DNA of 64,000 bases from Octopus vulgaris (lineage: Eukaryota), in NCBI GenBank assembly GCA_951406725.2, contig OX597826.1, positions 59,892,001 to 59,956,000 of the forward strand, in the 5' to 3' direction. The notes under the pieces are model-generated. The model had not been told where the DNA came from. It saw only the letters and a program-made list of their open reading frames with translations, and searched no databases. The stretch's first letter is position 1; every line of letters begins with the position of its first letter. The translations under genes were made by a program, and so were the position numbers. Below are positions 1 through 14,749 of this stretch, in pieces.

Positions 1-569
1 CCAGCTACACCTTAACTGAAAACACACAAGGCGCTCAAAACATTGAAGGGATCATGCGTTGCTGTGATGTATTAATTAACCATTTAATGCTAATTAAGTA
101 AGCTAATTAAGTAGTGCTGTACTGTCTGTGAATTAGCGGTGAGCCACAAAATCTCTCTTCGAATTGGAAACTGAAAATCGTGTCTCTGTAGAGAATTCAA
201 CAAATACGGAAACAAGTGGAATTGAAACACCTAGCTGACCTCAGTGAGATAAAGCTGTAAAAGAAATCCATTTTAACATGTATTATTTACAAGTGAGATA
301 AATTTACTTATGTCTCTATAAATACACGTATGCAGATATATATGCGTAAATATGTCTTATGAATAGATTGACATACACATATACGTTGCTGAGTGTTCTA
401 TCACTGGCCAGATGCTAGCCAGATACATTAGCTGACATACGCAAACATACACATATATACAGTCGTTAGACAGACGATGATAAGTTGATAGACACATAAC
501 CATTGCGATATACATAGATACGTACAAACACACATGCAGACGCTAGCGCGCACACACACACTTACTCAT

Positions 570-776
570 ATATTCTTTATTCTTTTACTGTTTTATTCTT
601 TTATTTGTTTCAGTCATTTGACTACGGTCATGCTGCAGCACCACTTTTAGTCGAACAAGTCAACCCCAGGAGCTATTTTTTGTAAACACAGTAGTTACTC
701 TATCGTTCACTTTCCTGAACCACAAAGTTTCGGAGTTGAAAACGCACAAACATCAGTTGTCATGCGATGACGGGGG

Positions 777-827
<51 letters not shown>

Positions 828-1078
828 ACACACATACATACACACACACACACACATACACACACATACGCATACACAAACACATATATATATATACATA
901 TACATATGCATATATATACGACAGGCTTCTTTCAGTTTCCCGTCTACCAAATCCACTCACAAGGCTTTGGTCGACCGAGGCTATAGTAGAAGACACTTGC
1001 CCAAGGTGCCACGCAGTGGGACTGAACCCGGAACCATGTGACTGGGAAGCAAGCTCTTTACCACACATGCTCCTTCCT
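570..1078 (-). mobile_element. tRNA-derived CORE-type SINE with internal microsatellite
   Basis: Minus strand: head ...GTGTGGTAAAGAGCTTGCTT...GGTTCCGGGTTCAGTCCC (B box), CORE-like GGCACCTTGGGCAAGTGTCTT, (TA)n(TG)n middle, tail ...GTCAAATGACTGAAACAA; homologous to copies at 12355, 33550, 61265, 63091. Confidence 0.9.
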
Positions 1079-1410
1079 AATACACATCGTAGTTGATAAC
1101 AAAACCGATTTGAATGATGGAGCGTCATCAGAGTGAAAAATAAGTAAATAAATAAAAAGAAGAGACAAGAAAAGCAGAAGGAACGGTTGAATATGGTGAG
1201 AATGAATTCACATTGCATGTGTATCTTCCTTGGACGCTCAGTAAATGGATATACGTATAAAGCGGTATACTCCTATATAGGGGCAACACGTTGAATACTT
1301 TTATCCCTTAGACGGTTATTTTAACCTGTAACTCAGCTACCCTATACATACACACATATATACATACATATGTATATGTATATGTATACATATACATATA
1401 TATATATGTA

Positions 1411-1458
<48 letters not shown>

Positions 1459-1460
<2 letters not shown>

Positions 1461-2235
1461 TACATATGTGGAAACTTCTGCCTGTGGGTGCGTTTGTGGA
1501 GTTGTTAACTAAGTCCTCCTACATCGTTTTATCAATTTTCCTAAAACCTGACACGTGAGTAGGACTCATGTCTGGAAACCTCTTGGCATACTCAGATTGC
1601 TGAAAGAAATCGATAATAGAGCCCTTGGAGGGGATCCTTATATATATCCAAAGGAGATAGCTCATTAATTTTCATAAATTATTTTGTAAATATGAAATTG
1701 AGTATACTTGCTTCTGTTAGAAACATTTTCGCAATTTATCCAGTACAACCCTTAAGCAAGTAAATAGTATTTCCCTAAACTATAGATCCACTTATTTCGG
1801 TCAGTGACTTACTCGCGAATATACCAACGCTAGCGCCACTTATTTACTTGGAATTGCTAGTATCTCATATCTGATTAACTTGTTACTATGTAACATCCTT
1901 CATGATTTTAGTATACATACCTTATTAGTATTTCCTCCTATGTTCTATATACTCTTGGAACGCATTAATGCCTTTTTCGGTGCTACATAATTTGAATTCT
2001 TACTATCGGGTAAATAATTTCATGTTATTGTATAACTGACTTCACAATTTGGGTATTCATAACTTATTGGGAATTCCTACAAAAAGATCCTGTATAAGAC
2101 ATTTTGATATTCTCTGTAAATGCACAAAAACCGTTTTAAGGGCTACATACTTTGTATTGTTGTTATTGGATTAGCGAAACAATTATAAGCACGGAACCAA
2201 GAGATAAAGTCCGCTTTACCGGGTACATCAGCTAG
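1459..2235 (+). mobile_element. Putative non-autonomous Helitron
   Basis: Starts in (TA)n; ends CCGCTTTACCGGGTACATCAG-CTAG|T (weak GC hairpin then CTAG at 2232-2235 followed by T); no TIR or TSD. Confidence 0.45.
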
Positions 2236-2744
2236 TAAGTATATATATATAAAAATATATTGAGAGAGAGAGAGAGGGAGAGAGAGAGAGAGAGAAAGAG
2301 AGATAAAAATGGATATAACATGATATATCTAAATAAATATATCATAAATTGACTCCAGTGTACAAAGGCAGCACTCTAGTCTCAGAAGCAGGCATATAAT
2401 TAGTAATGTTTTCTGAACATAAAATTATGCTTTACCACTTTATACTTTTCTCCAAATTCCCTCCGAGATATCCCGTTAAATTTTCATTTGTGTAAGTAAC
2501 TAAAAAGGTTCCACTTTACAATAGTGATTTGCGATAATTATATGGCAGCGACAAGAGAATCTTGAAATATTTTCGTCTTATTTTTCGGAGATTTTAGTTG
2601 TTGAATAAGACGTTGCAGCTATTGCACTCTGTGTTATTAATAATTTTACTCGATTTATTCGGAATTTGTTTCCTCCTCATGGGATGGAGTACACGCAGTT
2701 CTTAGTCATATTCTCTTCTATTGGTGGCTTTACTCGAAGAAGAT

Positions 2745-3053
2745 ATTTGCAGCTGTGGCAGGTTATACAAAGGCGAAACATGCCGCCCCCTCAAAATAAG
2801 GGTAGAGGAACATCGCAAAGCTATGACACAGGGAAATATTGATAAATCGGGTATAGCTGATCATGTATGGAAAAATGGAGACCACCTTTCCCTGTGGGAT
2901 GTAGTTAATATAGACAGAGAACAGCAATGGAAAATACGAAAACTAAATGCACATATGCTAGGACACAACAACCTCCTAAGCAGACCGAGTGCAGATATGA
3001 ACAGCATATGTGAACCGGTATTAACGAAGGCTAGCAGAATATTAGATTTATAA
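2745..3053 (+). pseudogene. Penelope-like element GIY-YIG endonuclease C-terminal fragment
   Basis: CSCGRLYKGETCRPLKIRVEEHRK...KSGIADHVW...W matches the PLE pattern C.CG..YIG.T.R.L..R..EH...S.IA.H. Confidence 0.85.
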
Positions 3054-3081
3054 GCCCTAAAATTCACTTCATAATTGCTCA

Positions 3082-3150
3082 CGGGCATATGTCGTATGGG
3101 TTAATAACGCGAGCTACTTACCCAAAGATTCCGAGTTCGATTCCAGGATA
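3082..3150 (+). mobile_element. Short tRNA-derived SINE head
   Basis: GGGCATATGTCGTATGGGTTAA...GAGTTCGATTCC (A/B-box-like) followed by AAT-rich tail. Confidence 0.5.
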
Positions 3151-3196
3151 TTAATAATAATGATAATAATAATAACAACAATGATAATAATAGTAC

Positions 3197-3358
3197 TAGA
3201 TGTACTACAGTGTCAGCTGTTCACTACCAGTGAACTAAGATAACACCTCTTATTTTTCGAGCACCTTCCGGGATATTTGAGCGGTTCCATGTAGTGCTGT
3301 TTTCGGCAATTGCTCCACCCTTATTGCAGCCCCTATTTGTTCCACGTACTTCTCGAGA
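3197..3358 (-). mobile_element. 3' end of an R4/Dong-like (REL endonuclease) LINE
   Basis: Minus strand LEKYVEQIGAAIRVEQLPKTALHGTAQISRKVLEK* resembles the C-terminal IQK..L.GTA.ILRK motif also seen at ~47900; flanked by AAT/ATT repeats on both sides. Confidence 0.75.
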
Positions 3359-3449
3359 TATTATTATTATTATTATTATTATTATTAGTAGTAGTAGTAG
3401 TAGTAGTGGCAGTAGTAGCAGCAGCAGCAGCGGCAGCGGCAGCAGCAGT

Positions 3450-3519
<70 letters not shown>
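3359..3519. repeat. Compound microsatellite (ATT)n(AGT)n(AGC)n
   Basis: Read directly from sequence. Confidence 0.95.
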
Positions 3520-3951
3520 AGGGAAGTTTGCTAATTTTCTGTTTTTATCTGAACAGTCCCACGCTGATTACACCATACAATATTCAGAATCGGAAATTCC
3601 GTTGTTTCCAAACGAGCATTTTTAAAAATTTGCTTTGTAAATAGGTTGTACATGATGGCTTTTCAATCTCGCAGAAAGTTGTTCACAATCTTTGATTTAT
3701 ACCGAACAAAATGAGCAGAAACTGTTATATAGTCTTTATTCATATATGTATGTCGTTGTGAAAATATATTCCTATGTATATATGTACCTTACTAACTACT
3801 ATCATATTTCACTTTCTATAACTCTCTCTCTCTCTCTTGCTCACTCGCTCTCACTTTCCTTCTCTTTCTCTCCCTTTATATACATATGGGTGTGTGTGTG
3901 TCTATGTGTGTATGTATGTATGTACGCATATATGATTATGTATACTGGCAT

Positions 3952-4010
<59 letters not shown>

Positions 4011-5020
4011 ATACATGAATTTATGCGTGTATAATACACTCATATACACACCCATAAATATATCGTATGTATTCGTAAAATTGTACGTAACTATATCGTA
4101 TTATATTTTTTTTCTTTTCTTTTATTATATATATATATATACACACACATACGTGTATGTACATGTGTACGCGCGCGCACACACTCACACACACATACAC
4201 ATATATGTATGTATTCATACGTACATGCATACACGCATACATACATACATAAACGCATACGTGGATACGCGCATATATACATAACACCCAAATTCTAAGA
4301 CCAGACAGAAAAACAACCAAGACAATAGGGCAATTTTTCCGTGCCCTGTACCCCGATTAATAATAGCAATACACAATATCCATAGTTTTATCTAATTGGT
4401 ATTCGGATCCATAAGTGGGGAGTCCGAAAGCTTTTCGCTTTACGGCTGGCGAAAATGCATAAGACAACAACATAAAAAACAACGACAACAACAATTACAA
4501 TTTAGCACAATATATGATGCACGAAAGACGCAGAAGAAAGAAATTGTAATATAAAGAATGAGAGCATAGGAAGTACATTTGAAAAGGAATGAATGTGACA
4601 TGATGGGGATATGTGGCATATGAACATGCGATGAGGATGACACTTCTTGCCTTGCGTTCTCTTCACCTCTACATATACATATAGAAATATATACATATAG
4701 ATATATAGATATATTTATACACACATACATACATACACACACATATGTATAGATATATTTATATATGCATAGAAATATATATATTTATATATATATATAT
4801 ATATATACATATATACACACACAGATATATGTATGCATACTTGTATGTACATATATAATACATATATTTATATACATGGTCACAAGCACACAAATACATA
4901 TATGTGTGTGTGTATGTGTGTGTATGTGTGTGTGTGTGTATGTGTGTGTGTGTATATATATATATATAACAGTTAAGCTTCGTGCAATGGCCATACTCGA
5001 TAACGAGGGGGCAGCCATAA

Positions 5021-5051
<31 letters not shown>

Positions 5052-5258
5052 TGTATGTATGTATGTATTATGTATATGTGTCTGTGCGTGTCTGAGAGTG
5101 TGTGTGTGTTTAGTGTATGAATGAATGAATATTTTGAGGATACATGCCTCGCTAAATAGATGCATGGATATCTGGTTGAAACAGCGTGAGCGCTTGGCAA
5201 TTGATAACATGGATATGGAGGAGTGCATAAATACATACCTGCATTCATGCGTTCATAG

Positions 5259-5298
<40 letters not shown>

Positions 5299-7721
5299 TC
5301 ACGCACATTCACACATATTCATCTATATGCATATATATATATATATATGTGTGTGTATGTGTTTCTGCGCGTGTGTTCATAATTAAGCTTATATATATAT
5401 ATATATATAAGTATATAGTATGTATATTTATATATACAAATGCATGCATGTATGCATATATATATTTAGATATGTGTAGAATTACCTTTTCCTCACCACA
5501 GCTTATCTAAATTTATTAATGTAAGACCTTAACCGGTGTGGATGACATATCGTGGATTGTCTTTGCCGTCCTGCTGCGTGTGTTTATGTGTGTGTCGGTT
5601 CTGTGGATGAATAGAAGGCTTTTTTTTTTTCAATAGATGCATGGATGTGTGAACGAATGGATGTGGGTTCGATGTGTGGTTGGTCCGATTGTTTCTGCGA
5701 AATTTTCCTTCTCTCTTCCTTGAAATATTATTGAACGGCGGAATTTTCGGTTGTCTGTGTGTAAACGTGCGAATGAATATGACTAGGTGTGGTGTTAGAT
5801 GCGTGAATGTATGCGTGGGCTTGCCGTTGTGTGGGTGCATAGAATTTTTATTTTCCGGGAAAATTAGTCTGTACTTTCTGTAAAATTATGAAAATAAATA
5901 AATAAATAAATGAAGGAATAAAGAAAAGGCTGCATTATACTGCGTGGATGTGATATTGGTTTTCTACGTCTGTAAATGAATAGACGGAATGTTGGATGAA
6001 TGGATGAATGGATGGACTGATGGATGAATAGGTGACTGGAGTGTGGAAGGTAGGGATTGATATGGGGGTTAGTTGAACTGATGGCTTGGGTAATGGCAGG
6101 GTGGGTTGATAGCAGGTTATGGTTAGGATTTTTTGCAGGAAATTTCCTTTATGACCTCTGTAACGTTATTAAAAGGCGAATTTAACGGGCCAATGTAGTG
6201 AAACTAAGTGTCATGGTATGATGTCAAGCGATTCTTAGAAATAACAATGGCAAGGCTGGATTATTTGTTCGCAAGGGAAGAAAATAAAATAAAAAATATG
6301 CCTGTATCAAAACTATGTCAGTAGAAGCGGAATATAGAAGCAGACGAAGACGACATTTTGCTACAGAATTTCCGGAACAAAGATGAAATGGAAGAAAAGA
6401 AAAAAAACTGTAAAGAAAGGACAAGAAAATCAAATAAGAATGAATGAGAAAGAAAATACGTAAAATAAGAGAAGAGGAGAAAAAATACAAAGAAATGTTA
6501 CAAGAATGAAATTAATAAATAAATAAGAAGAGAATACATTGTTCAAGAATATTTTGATACACAACGAAAAGGTTAAGGGATACGAACGAGAGGAGAAGAA
6601 TAAGTGGAAAGAATGACAGAAAATAGGGTATAGGGGTAAAATGAGAATTGAGTATGTGGTTGTGGCAGGTGAAGGTGGTATTTCGGTGGGTGAAATGCAG
6701 TGTTAGAGGTAAAAACGTAACGAAAAGTATGTGGAAAAAGATGTTTGTGTTAGGTGGAGGGGAAATCAGGCGGGCATCGAGCCAGCCAATTGGCCAAAGA
6801 ATGGTGACATCGGGTAGGAGTGAACGGTGAATCATGGGTGATGGCAGTAAGGAGGTGGGAGAAAAATGTAATGCAAAGAATAAGATGGGGTAGAGATAAG
6901 GAAGGGGAATGGTGGAATAGGGAAAGAATGAATAGGTTGTTGTTTGGGGAGTCGGGGAGAACGGAAAAAGAGGTGGTACAGATGTCGTTCTATTGAAACA
7001 GACAATAAATGTATTAGGGAGTTAAGGTACCACTTATGGATGTATATTAATATGCATGCTTGAGTGTATATATGGATTAGCGTACTCATGCATGTGTGTA
7101 TATTGTGTTTGTGATAGAATATTGGAGATATGTGACGTGAGACATACTTATCAACATCGTGCTGGTGAAATCAGTAATTGTTGTAGAGTTAGCGTTGTTG
7201 TTCTTTACAACCCTAGGCCGTACGTGACAAGTCAAGCATTTATGAGAGATGTTACAGACATGACCATATCGCTCTTCTTTTCACGGAGCTCTTGTTTTTT
7301 TTTGTTTTTGCACTTATTGTTCATGTTGTTGCTATTCATGTTTATAATTAGCGCCGTGTTGACATATTGCAGAAGATTAATGTTGGAAGAAATACCAACG
7401 CTGAAAGTGTTCTAAACATCCTGTACTCTGGATAATATTGGTACCTAATAGAGCAGGTAAAACTCTGGAGAACAGTTGGCTACTATTTTTAAAGGGGTGA
7501 GTTGCGAGGCGGATGATCATACATTGGTCAGTTGAGAAAGTGACATTTGTGAGATGCTGAAGTATAATGTGAGTAGGATAATACGTAGAATTAACGTGTG
7601 CGAATGTCTATATATATACGTTTGTGTGTGTATGATTACATGTGTGTGTGTGTGTGTGTTTGTATGCGTATGAGTGTATATATACATATATATCTGCGTT
7701 CAACTCCATATATTTACTTAT

Positions 7722-7770
<49 letters not shown>

Positions 7771-8904
7771 CACGGAACAGGAGAGAGAAGGATTGATAGA
7801 CAGATACAGAGACACAGACAGGCAGACAGAGAATGATAGAGATATACAGAGATTCATAAACATGTCGCTCAAGGAAGTAACCTGAAGTAGCTGCTTATTT
7901 TCCGTTTGCATGTATTTATATATGTATGCATATACCACAGTTGGATGGAATTTGTAACCGTCTAGGAGTATAAATTTAAAGTAATTAGAACATATACTAA
8001 AATAGCTATTCTAATTAACGATGGTGAATTATATAAAAAATATCAAAATGTGCACAATAGAAAACAGTTAAGGAAAAAGCATTAAGAAACTGCATTACTT
8101 TCGTATTTCTCTATACCTAAATGTTATGAATAGAAAAATATAAGTTCATATAGAAGAGACGAGTGGCTACGATGCGCTTTTGCTTTCCTAGTAATCGTCC
8201 AATAGTAAGAAGCAGCGTGTCCGGACGGAAATAATGAGAAGTATTTGGTATGATTTTTTTCCTGAGTCCTACATTCCTTCAACTAAAAAAATGAAGATAT
8301 TTCTCTCGTGGTGTCACAATATGCAGAAATTATGCGTCGGCACTCTGGAAATTTAACAATATTCGACGAAGCTCTGGAAATTGAACACCTTTGGACTGTT
8401 GATACCTCGAATATCCATCGTCCAACACTCCTCTCTTCTGCAGCAATTCTCTCAACAATCCTCCTGTTTTCCAAAATGGACGAAACTTGACTCAACAAAA
8501 AGCTTTGGCTATCATCTCAGTTACACAGACACATGTTATAAGGAAAAGAATATGACCCTCCAAATTTTATAACATTATCAACATCATATTCAATTTTCCT
8601 AATTTTCACTTCCGTTCAGGCCGACCAAAACAGAAAAAAATATTTCAAATTTTCAATTTCGTTGTAATATTTTTAAGCTTCCACTTTCGTTTTTTCCTTT
8701 CGTACATTCAATTGCTTTAAAATATTTTCATTCCTGAGTAATTTTTCATTCTTGTACATACACATTTTCTTGTGTGTATGTGTGTGTGTGCGCGCGCGCG
8801 CTTGTGTGCATGTATGTATGCATGTGTGTATATGTATATATTTATATATACATAAATACATACATGCATATATACATACATATATATATATATTTATAAA
8901 TATA

Positions 8905-8962
<58 letters not shown>

Positions 8963-10289
8963 TGCATATATGTGTATGTATATGCATAATGCAAACACAC
9001 ATGCGTATATGTACCTATATGTATTTGTGCAAACACATATATTATATGTATCTCTATCATTCTCCGCTCTCGTCATCTCTCGTATCATATAAACACAAAC
9101 AAATAAGATCTTTGCTCTGCTGCAACAGTGTTGAGAACACAGACCGTACCACCTTAGCATAGGATGAAACCCACGTCCTATTTGATTTGGTTTCTCCAGA
9201 AAACTTACTAAGGATTCCATATCGAAATATTTCTATTGGTATTTCAAGTGTCCTTCTTCGTATAAATATATCAACAGATACACATGTATTACCATGCTAT
9301 AAGTGTAACGATCTATCCTTGAATTATTATTTTTTTGTCTTAAAGAGAAAGATAAACTATATACAAGTGCTTGGGTAATGTATACTCGTGAATGGCTATA
9401 TAATCCGCATATATCTGTGTGTGTATACATATAAACACATATTTGTCAATATGCGCATATGTATGTACGTTGACTCGTTGCTAGCTGAAATTTAGACGTG
9501 ATGTCGGAGTGTTATATGATAGCAGTATTTCTGTGTGTACTTAAACGTGATGGAGTTTTAATAATCAAATGACCTCTCACACCAAACGTAAGTACATATG
9601 TTCTTCATATTACCAAAGCAGTGAAAGAAAACATTTCTGTGTTTATATTTCCTGTCTAATTTCTGTATACAACACGGCCTATACAGCTAATGTTGCTGCA
9701 TTCGTTCCTCATTCTGTCCTTTTCTCATTTCTTTCTCGTCTTGAAATATAGACGTCTTAATATAGACGTACATACATACTCACGCAAATTCATAGATACG
9801 CGCACACACGCACACACACACACATACACACACATATATATATATATATATTGTTTGCATCACCTTGCGAGTTCCCCCGACTTGCTAAAAGAAGATCAGA
9901 AACCAATTTGGTCCGGGGTACTAGATGGTAAATGTTTTTCATTTCCAAATTTATTCCTGTCGAATTTTATCAGTTATTTTTGTGGTTTATAGAACCTAGA
10001 TGTTCTCTATAATGTGCTGAATCTCACACCAAGTGGATTCCTTATGTGTATAAATATGCACTATATCGTATATATTGTTTGTTTATATATATATATATAA
10101 TATTGTATGTGTATATATATATGGGTGTGTGTGTATGAGTGATGTACTCAATATATTGAAGGGCTAACAATTTAATGAAAACACGTCCTAACATGAAATT
10201 TTGTTGATAGTGAGTTGTTTCACTTTGGGTATGAATCAAAGAATTGACTTGCACAGGTTGTGAACGCTCGTTAGCGGATATTTGAGCCG

Positions 10290-10763
10290 TTCTTTAAAAC
10301 CTGTTAAAAGTTCTTTAAGCGACGACGGCTGTTCCAGAATGCAAAGTGTTCGATTATACAGATGTTTGGTGACTGTGCGAAGCAGTAAGACACTTTAGTG
10401 CCAATTTCAATTTTGTGTCAATTTCAAATAATATTAGTTTTGTAATCTTCTTGGAAGATTGCAAAACTATCAAGCAACAATTTTCGTAATATCGGATGGA
10501 AAAAGTTTTAGCTTAAAGGAAAAGTTTTTGCTTGAAGCCTGTCATGAAAACTAATTAAAGGCCTTTGAAAATTCTGTGATATTTTTAGTCATTCTTTAAA
10601 GCCTTTCAAGAGTTCTTTGAGCAACAATGGCGAAGGGAAGCATCTTCCCACTTGCTGTTCCAAGATGCAAAGCGCTCGCTTTTACCGATGTTTAGTGATT
10701 ATGGTAAACATTAAGGCACTTTTGTGCATTTTCTGTCAATTTCCAATAATATTAGCGCTATAA
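10290..10763. repeat. Diverged direct repeat, two ~160 bp copies (10290-10445 and 10593-10763)
   Basis: Shared TCTTTAAA.CCT...AGTTCTTT.AGC...GCTGTTCC..ATGCAAAG...GATGTTT.GTGA...TGTCAATTTC.AATAATATTAG. Confidence 0.7.
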
Positions 10764-12354
10764 ATTGGAGCCCAAATCACTGAGCCCTCTTCATGCTTCA
10801 CGATAGTGGCTAAAGAGTGAGAACCGATGGTTACTTTGAGCTGTCTCCAGACATGGACATGCAATGAATGATTCTTAACGTGTCCTATTGATCCATTGCC
10901 CACTTCTGAGAGCCTTCATACCATTTTCCTTCTATTTATCTGTTGATGGCGAACAGGGGAGGTTAAGTAGTTGCAACATTCATATTGTATCTAGATTTAT
11001 CGAGCTCAAGATGAACCACTATCGTTGACACATGGTTAGCAATGTGATGGTGTAGCTCTGCTGTTACGTTTACTTCAGTCATCCGATGTTTTTTGTTTTT
11101 AGAAACAGTATTGTTCTCTAGTCGGTAAGTATTCCATGTGAGTTTTGCCTTGCATCCCTCAATCTTAATTCAAATTTTGTTTGTACCGTGGTATTTATAA
11201 ACAACATGTCGATTTAAGACAATTACTTATTTTCTTTATTTATACCTATTCATTTTTTTTAGTATCTGTTCTCTATTTGTATTTTAATGAACATTTCCCG
11301 AAACAATATTTACGTCTAACCAATGGAAACGATGGCTATACAGTATGATGTTAGTGCAAGGAACAAAGAAACGGTGAGAGTACTGAGATACATTTTGCCT
11401 GATACATGTAAAAAAGAGGAAACTATTTTAAAACATAAACTCTCACAGACATATACACACACACGCACTCTTTACGTGTGTCGCAAGAATGAATTCTGAG
11501 AAAGCTGCACTACATATGTAGCAGATTTCAAGCAAGAGTAATTCACGTTTCCTCGTGAAATTTCAGGAAATTTTCATTCTAATCTTAGCCATGATTTCCA
11601 TAATGAAACTATTGATGATAATAAAAAATAAATTAACTTTTGAAACAAATAAGTTTTAAATAGTATATCTATATATCCGTCTATATAAATTGATTTAAAT
11701 TAATATGAAAACATTAATTGTATATTTCGTAATACAAAAATCTATTTAGCAGAGCAGATACTTTTTTTTTTGTTTTGTTTATGTATTTCCGAAAATTATA
11801 AAATTTTGTCTGAAAATTCGTTGAGTCAACCAATAAAGTGTTGTCTAAAATGTTTCACATTTTTTTTCTTTTGCAGATAAATAAAAGATTTTTAATTTTC
11901 TTTCAGCGTATATTAATTATCGGTTCATTCGGAGTTCATGTAGAAAGTGTGAGAAACAGCTGGAACATTTGATATTAAATATCCTACTGTGTCTGGAATT
12001 ATCGAATAAAACAGCAGGTTAAGATGGAAATGTCGCTGACTGTCTAGGATGATATTTCAACAAATTGGAACTTGTTTGTTTTTAAAAATCATCCTAGAAT
12101 TTAATGTTTATTATAGAAATATATTGATAAATCTATTTTGGTTTCTGTAGTTTGCCAATTTCTGAAATTCTTAACTTTCTGAATGTCCATAATGCAAATT
12201 AAATTTTGTAACCAAACAATGAATCTAAAAATACAAGAATATGTAAATCGTATTAAAACTGAAATAATTACGTTTAAGGTGGAGAAATCGTTAGAGTTTT
12301 GGACACACCACCTTGCGTCGTTCTTTGTGTTCTCAGCTCACAACCTGATTATCG

Positions 12355-12678
12355 TTTATCTTTTACTTCTTTCAGTCACAAGACTGCGTCCATGCTGGGG
12401 CACTGTTGATTGCTTTATCGATCACTAGCGCAAAACCCAGAGACATATACACAGCACACGTCATCAAGCGGTGGAAGGCGACAAACACACACAAACAATC
12501 CACGCAAACATATATATATATATGTATATATGACGGGCTTCTTACAGTTTCTGGCTACCATATCCACTCGCAAGGCATTGGTCGTCCCAAGGACATAGCA
12601 GAGGTTACTTGCTCAAGATACCACGCAGTGAGACTCAACCCGGAACCATGTGGTTGGGAAGCAAGTTTCTTACCACAC
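12355..12678 (-). mobile_element. CORE-type tRNA SINE, internally deleted
   Basis: Head AACCCGGAACCATGTGGTTGGGAAGCAAG and tail TTTCAGTCA..GACTGCG.CCATGCTGG as read on + strand. Confidence 0.85.
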
Positions 12679-14340
12679 AAACAGTGTCGGTAAAATATAA
12701 CAAAGCTCAAGTACAAATATGACTCAATTGTTTGATACTGATTCCTCCTATTCAGAGGCCAACAGCTGAGAGACAGGAGGTTTCCTTAGTGTTGGTTACT
12801 GTTTAAAGAGTAGATGGGGACATAAAAAATAGCCCTACTACTCCACAGAGGAGAAACGGCTTGCGATATTATTACCATTGAAAGACATAATTCTAAAGAA
12901 TGGCACACGAATCTGATCATTATACGATGATGTGTTGCGTCCGTCATCTTGTCTAACGTGTCCTATTGAAGAAGGTTATTGATTACCACAAAATGTATTA
13001 CTTTTTAATGATACGAATTTAATGCTGGTATCAAATAAAAGCAACTTTAAGTAATCAAAATAAATGGAGATATGTGTGAGTAGCCAGGAATGTCACTTTG
13101 AAAGAATGTAGATCATAGAACCCATTGTGCAATACTTTGGGTAATATTTTTTCTGCGGTTCCGAATTTTGCATTGATTCCAGAATCGGTGTGCAACATGC
13201 AGGAAACCACTGAGCTACAGCCGCGACTCAAGTTGTAGATCAAGATAATGGCTTATCATTAGACCAAAAATATGACCCGTGTATTTGCAAAAATGTAAAA
13301 GCTGTGTTTTGGCGCCAAAATGGAAGGATTAAACTTGTCACACGGCATAATCAATAGGATATATTACTGACAGAGAAGATCGATTTTTCAGAAGAATTTG
13401 GTAAAAAGTAAAATGTATCTTATCTTATACGCATATATTTCCAAATATAATTAATGTCTTTTTTATGTGATAACAATTATATATACTAGAATGTAGTGCA
13501 AAATGTTTAATATATTGATTAGGAAATATTTTTGCACTGAGTACCCTTTTGTACAATACCCAAGACAACATTAAAAATGTTTTATTATTATTTTTTTTTT
13601 ACTTCTGTGTAGAATTTTATAATGTATGAAATTTGCAAAGCAGGTAAACAACCTGGTTCTTACATTGACTGGAAAACTAAATGCTGCAATTATAAGAATG
13701 TTATAAATTTTCCAGAGTGTCTGAAATAACACTTTTGGGGATAACGGTTCTCGAAACAAATCACATACACTTTAAAAAAAAGGATACCATTAGGTAGTTG
13801 AGTATGGAGCAATAACGCATTACTGTACAACAAAATGAAATTTGATAGAGAAATATTAAAGGAAAATGCATACTCTACAAAATTCTACGCAAAAGTAGAT
13901 TAATTCTTGAAGCAACTTTCATACCTTAATACAATGCCAAAATTTAGAAATACATCAAAGTTTTAACAAGTGGCCACTGGCATAAAAAAATAATAAAAAA
14001 ACTCACATTCAAAATTTGACTGCACATCAAAATATGATTGCAAAGCAGCATGTGAGAATTGATGCAGGGTGCTAGTTATGAAAAGAAAAAAGAACTTTCA
14101 CGATGAACTCCACACGAATACAATTATAATAACAGAAAACAAACGACAAATATATTCTATCAATATATCTTGATAATGAGACTGTGAATGTGTAGAAGCA
14201 TCGTATATGAATCTGCGAAATCTTCTGTCACAAACATGCTGCCAATAAGAGAATATGAATAAGAGAATATATATAATATAAAAGTTAAAAGCAGCACTTA
14301 AACAATTTTTTCAGGAAATGCATATATATGTACGTATATA

Positions 14341-14406
<66 letters not shown>

Positions 14407-14749
14407 CACATATATACATGCATGCATATATATATATAAACACGCATAACCAAGCACAAGATACGCAGAAGCGCGCATGCACACGCACTCAAACACGCAT
14501 AGATACATGTAAAGACACGCCTTCTTTCACAAATATTTTATAGTAATAAACATTTCACTTTTTCCAATGTGAGGCTATGCATATATGCATATTAATCTGT
14601 GCATACATTTTCTACACATTATGAATCGGAAAGAACTACATACACAAATGTGTATATTCATATTCATGTAAATTTATATACATATATTTTCACATACGCA
14701 CCCACATGTGTGTGTGTGTGTGTGTTTTCTTTGTTGACGTGAATTTAAT

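Noticed and set aside
8308-8490. 60-aa ORF in non-repetitive sequence
   Set aside because: No recognisable domain; short ORFs on both strands; cannot be supported as a CDS
11115-11460. Possible mariner-like remnant
   Set aside because: Only a vague TIR resemblance; no transposase motif recovered
10876-12969. Exact 16-mer TAACGTGTCCTATTGA at 10876 and 12954
   Set aside because: No flanking similarity; one such match is plausible by chance in 64 kb of AT-rich DNA
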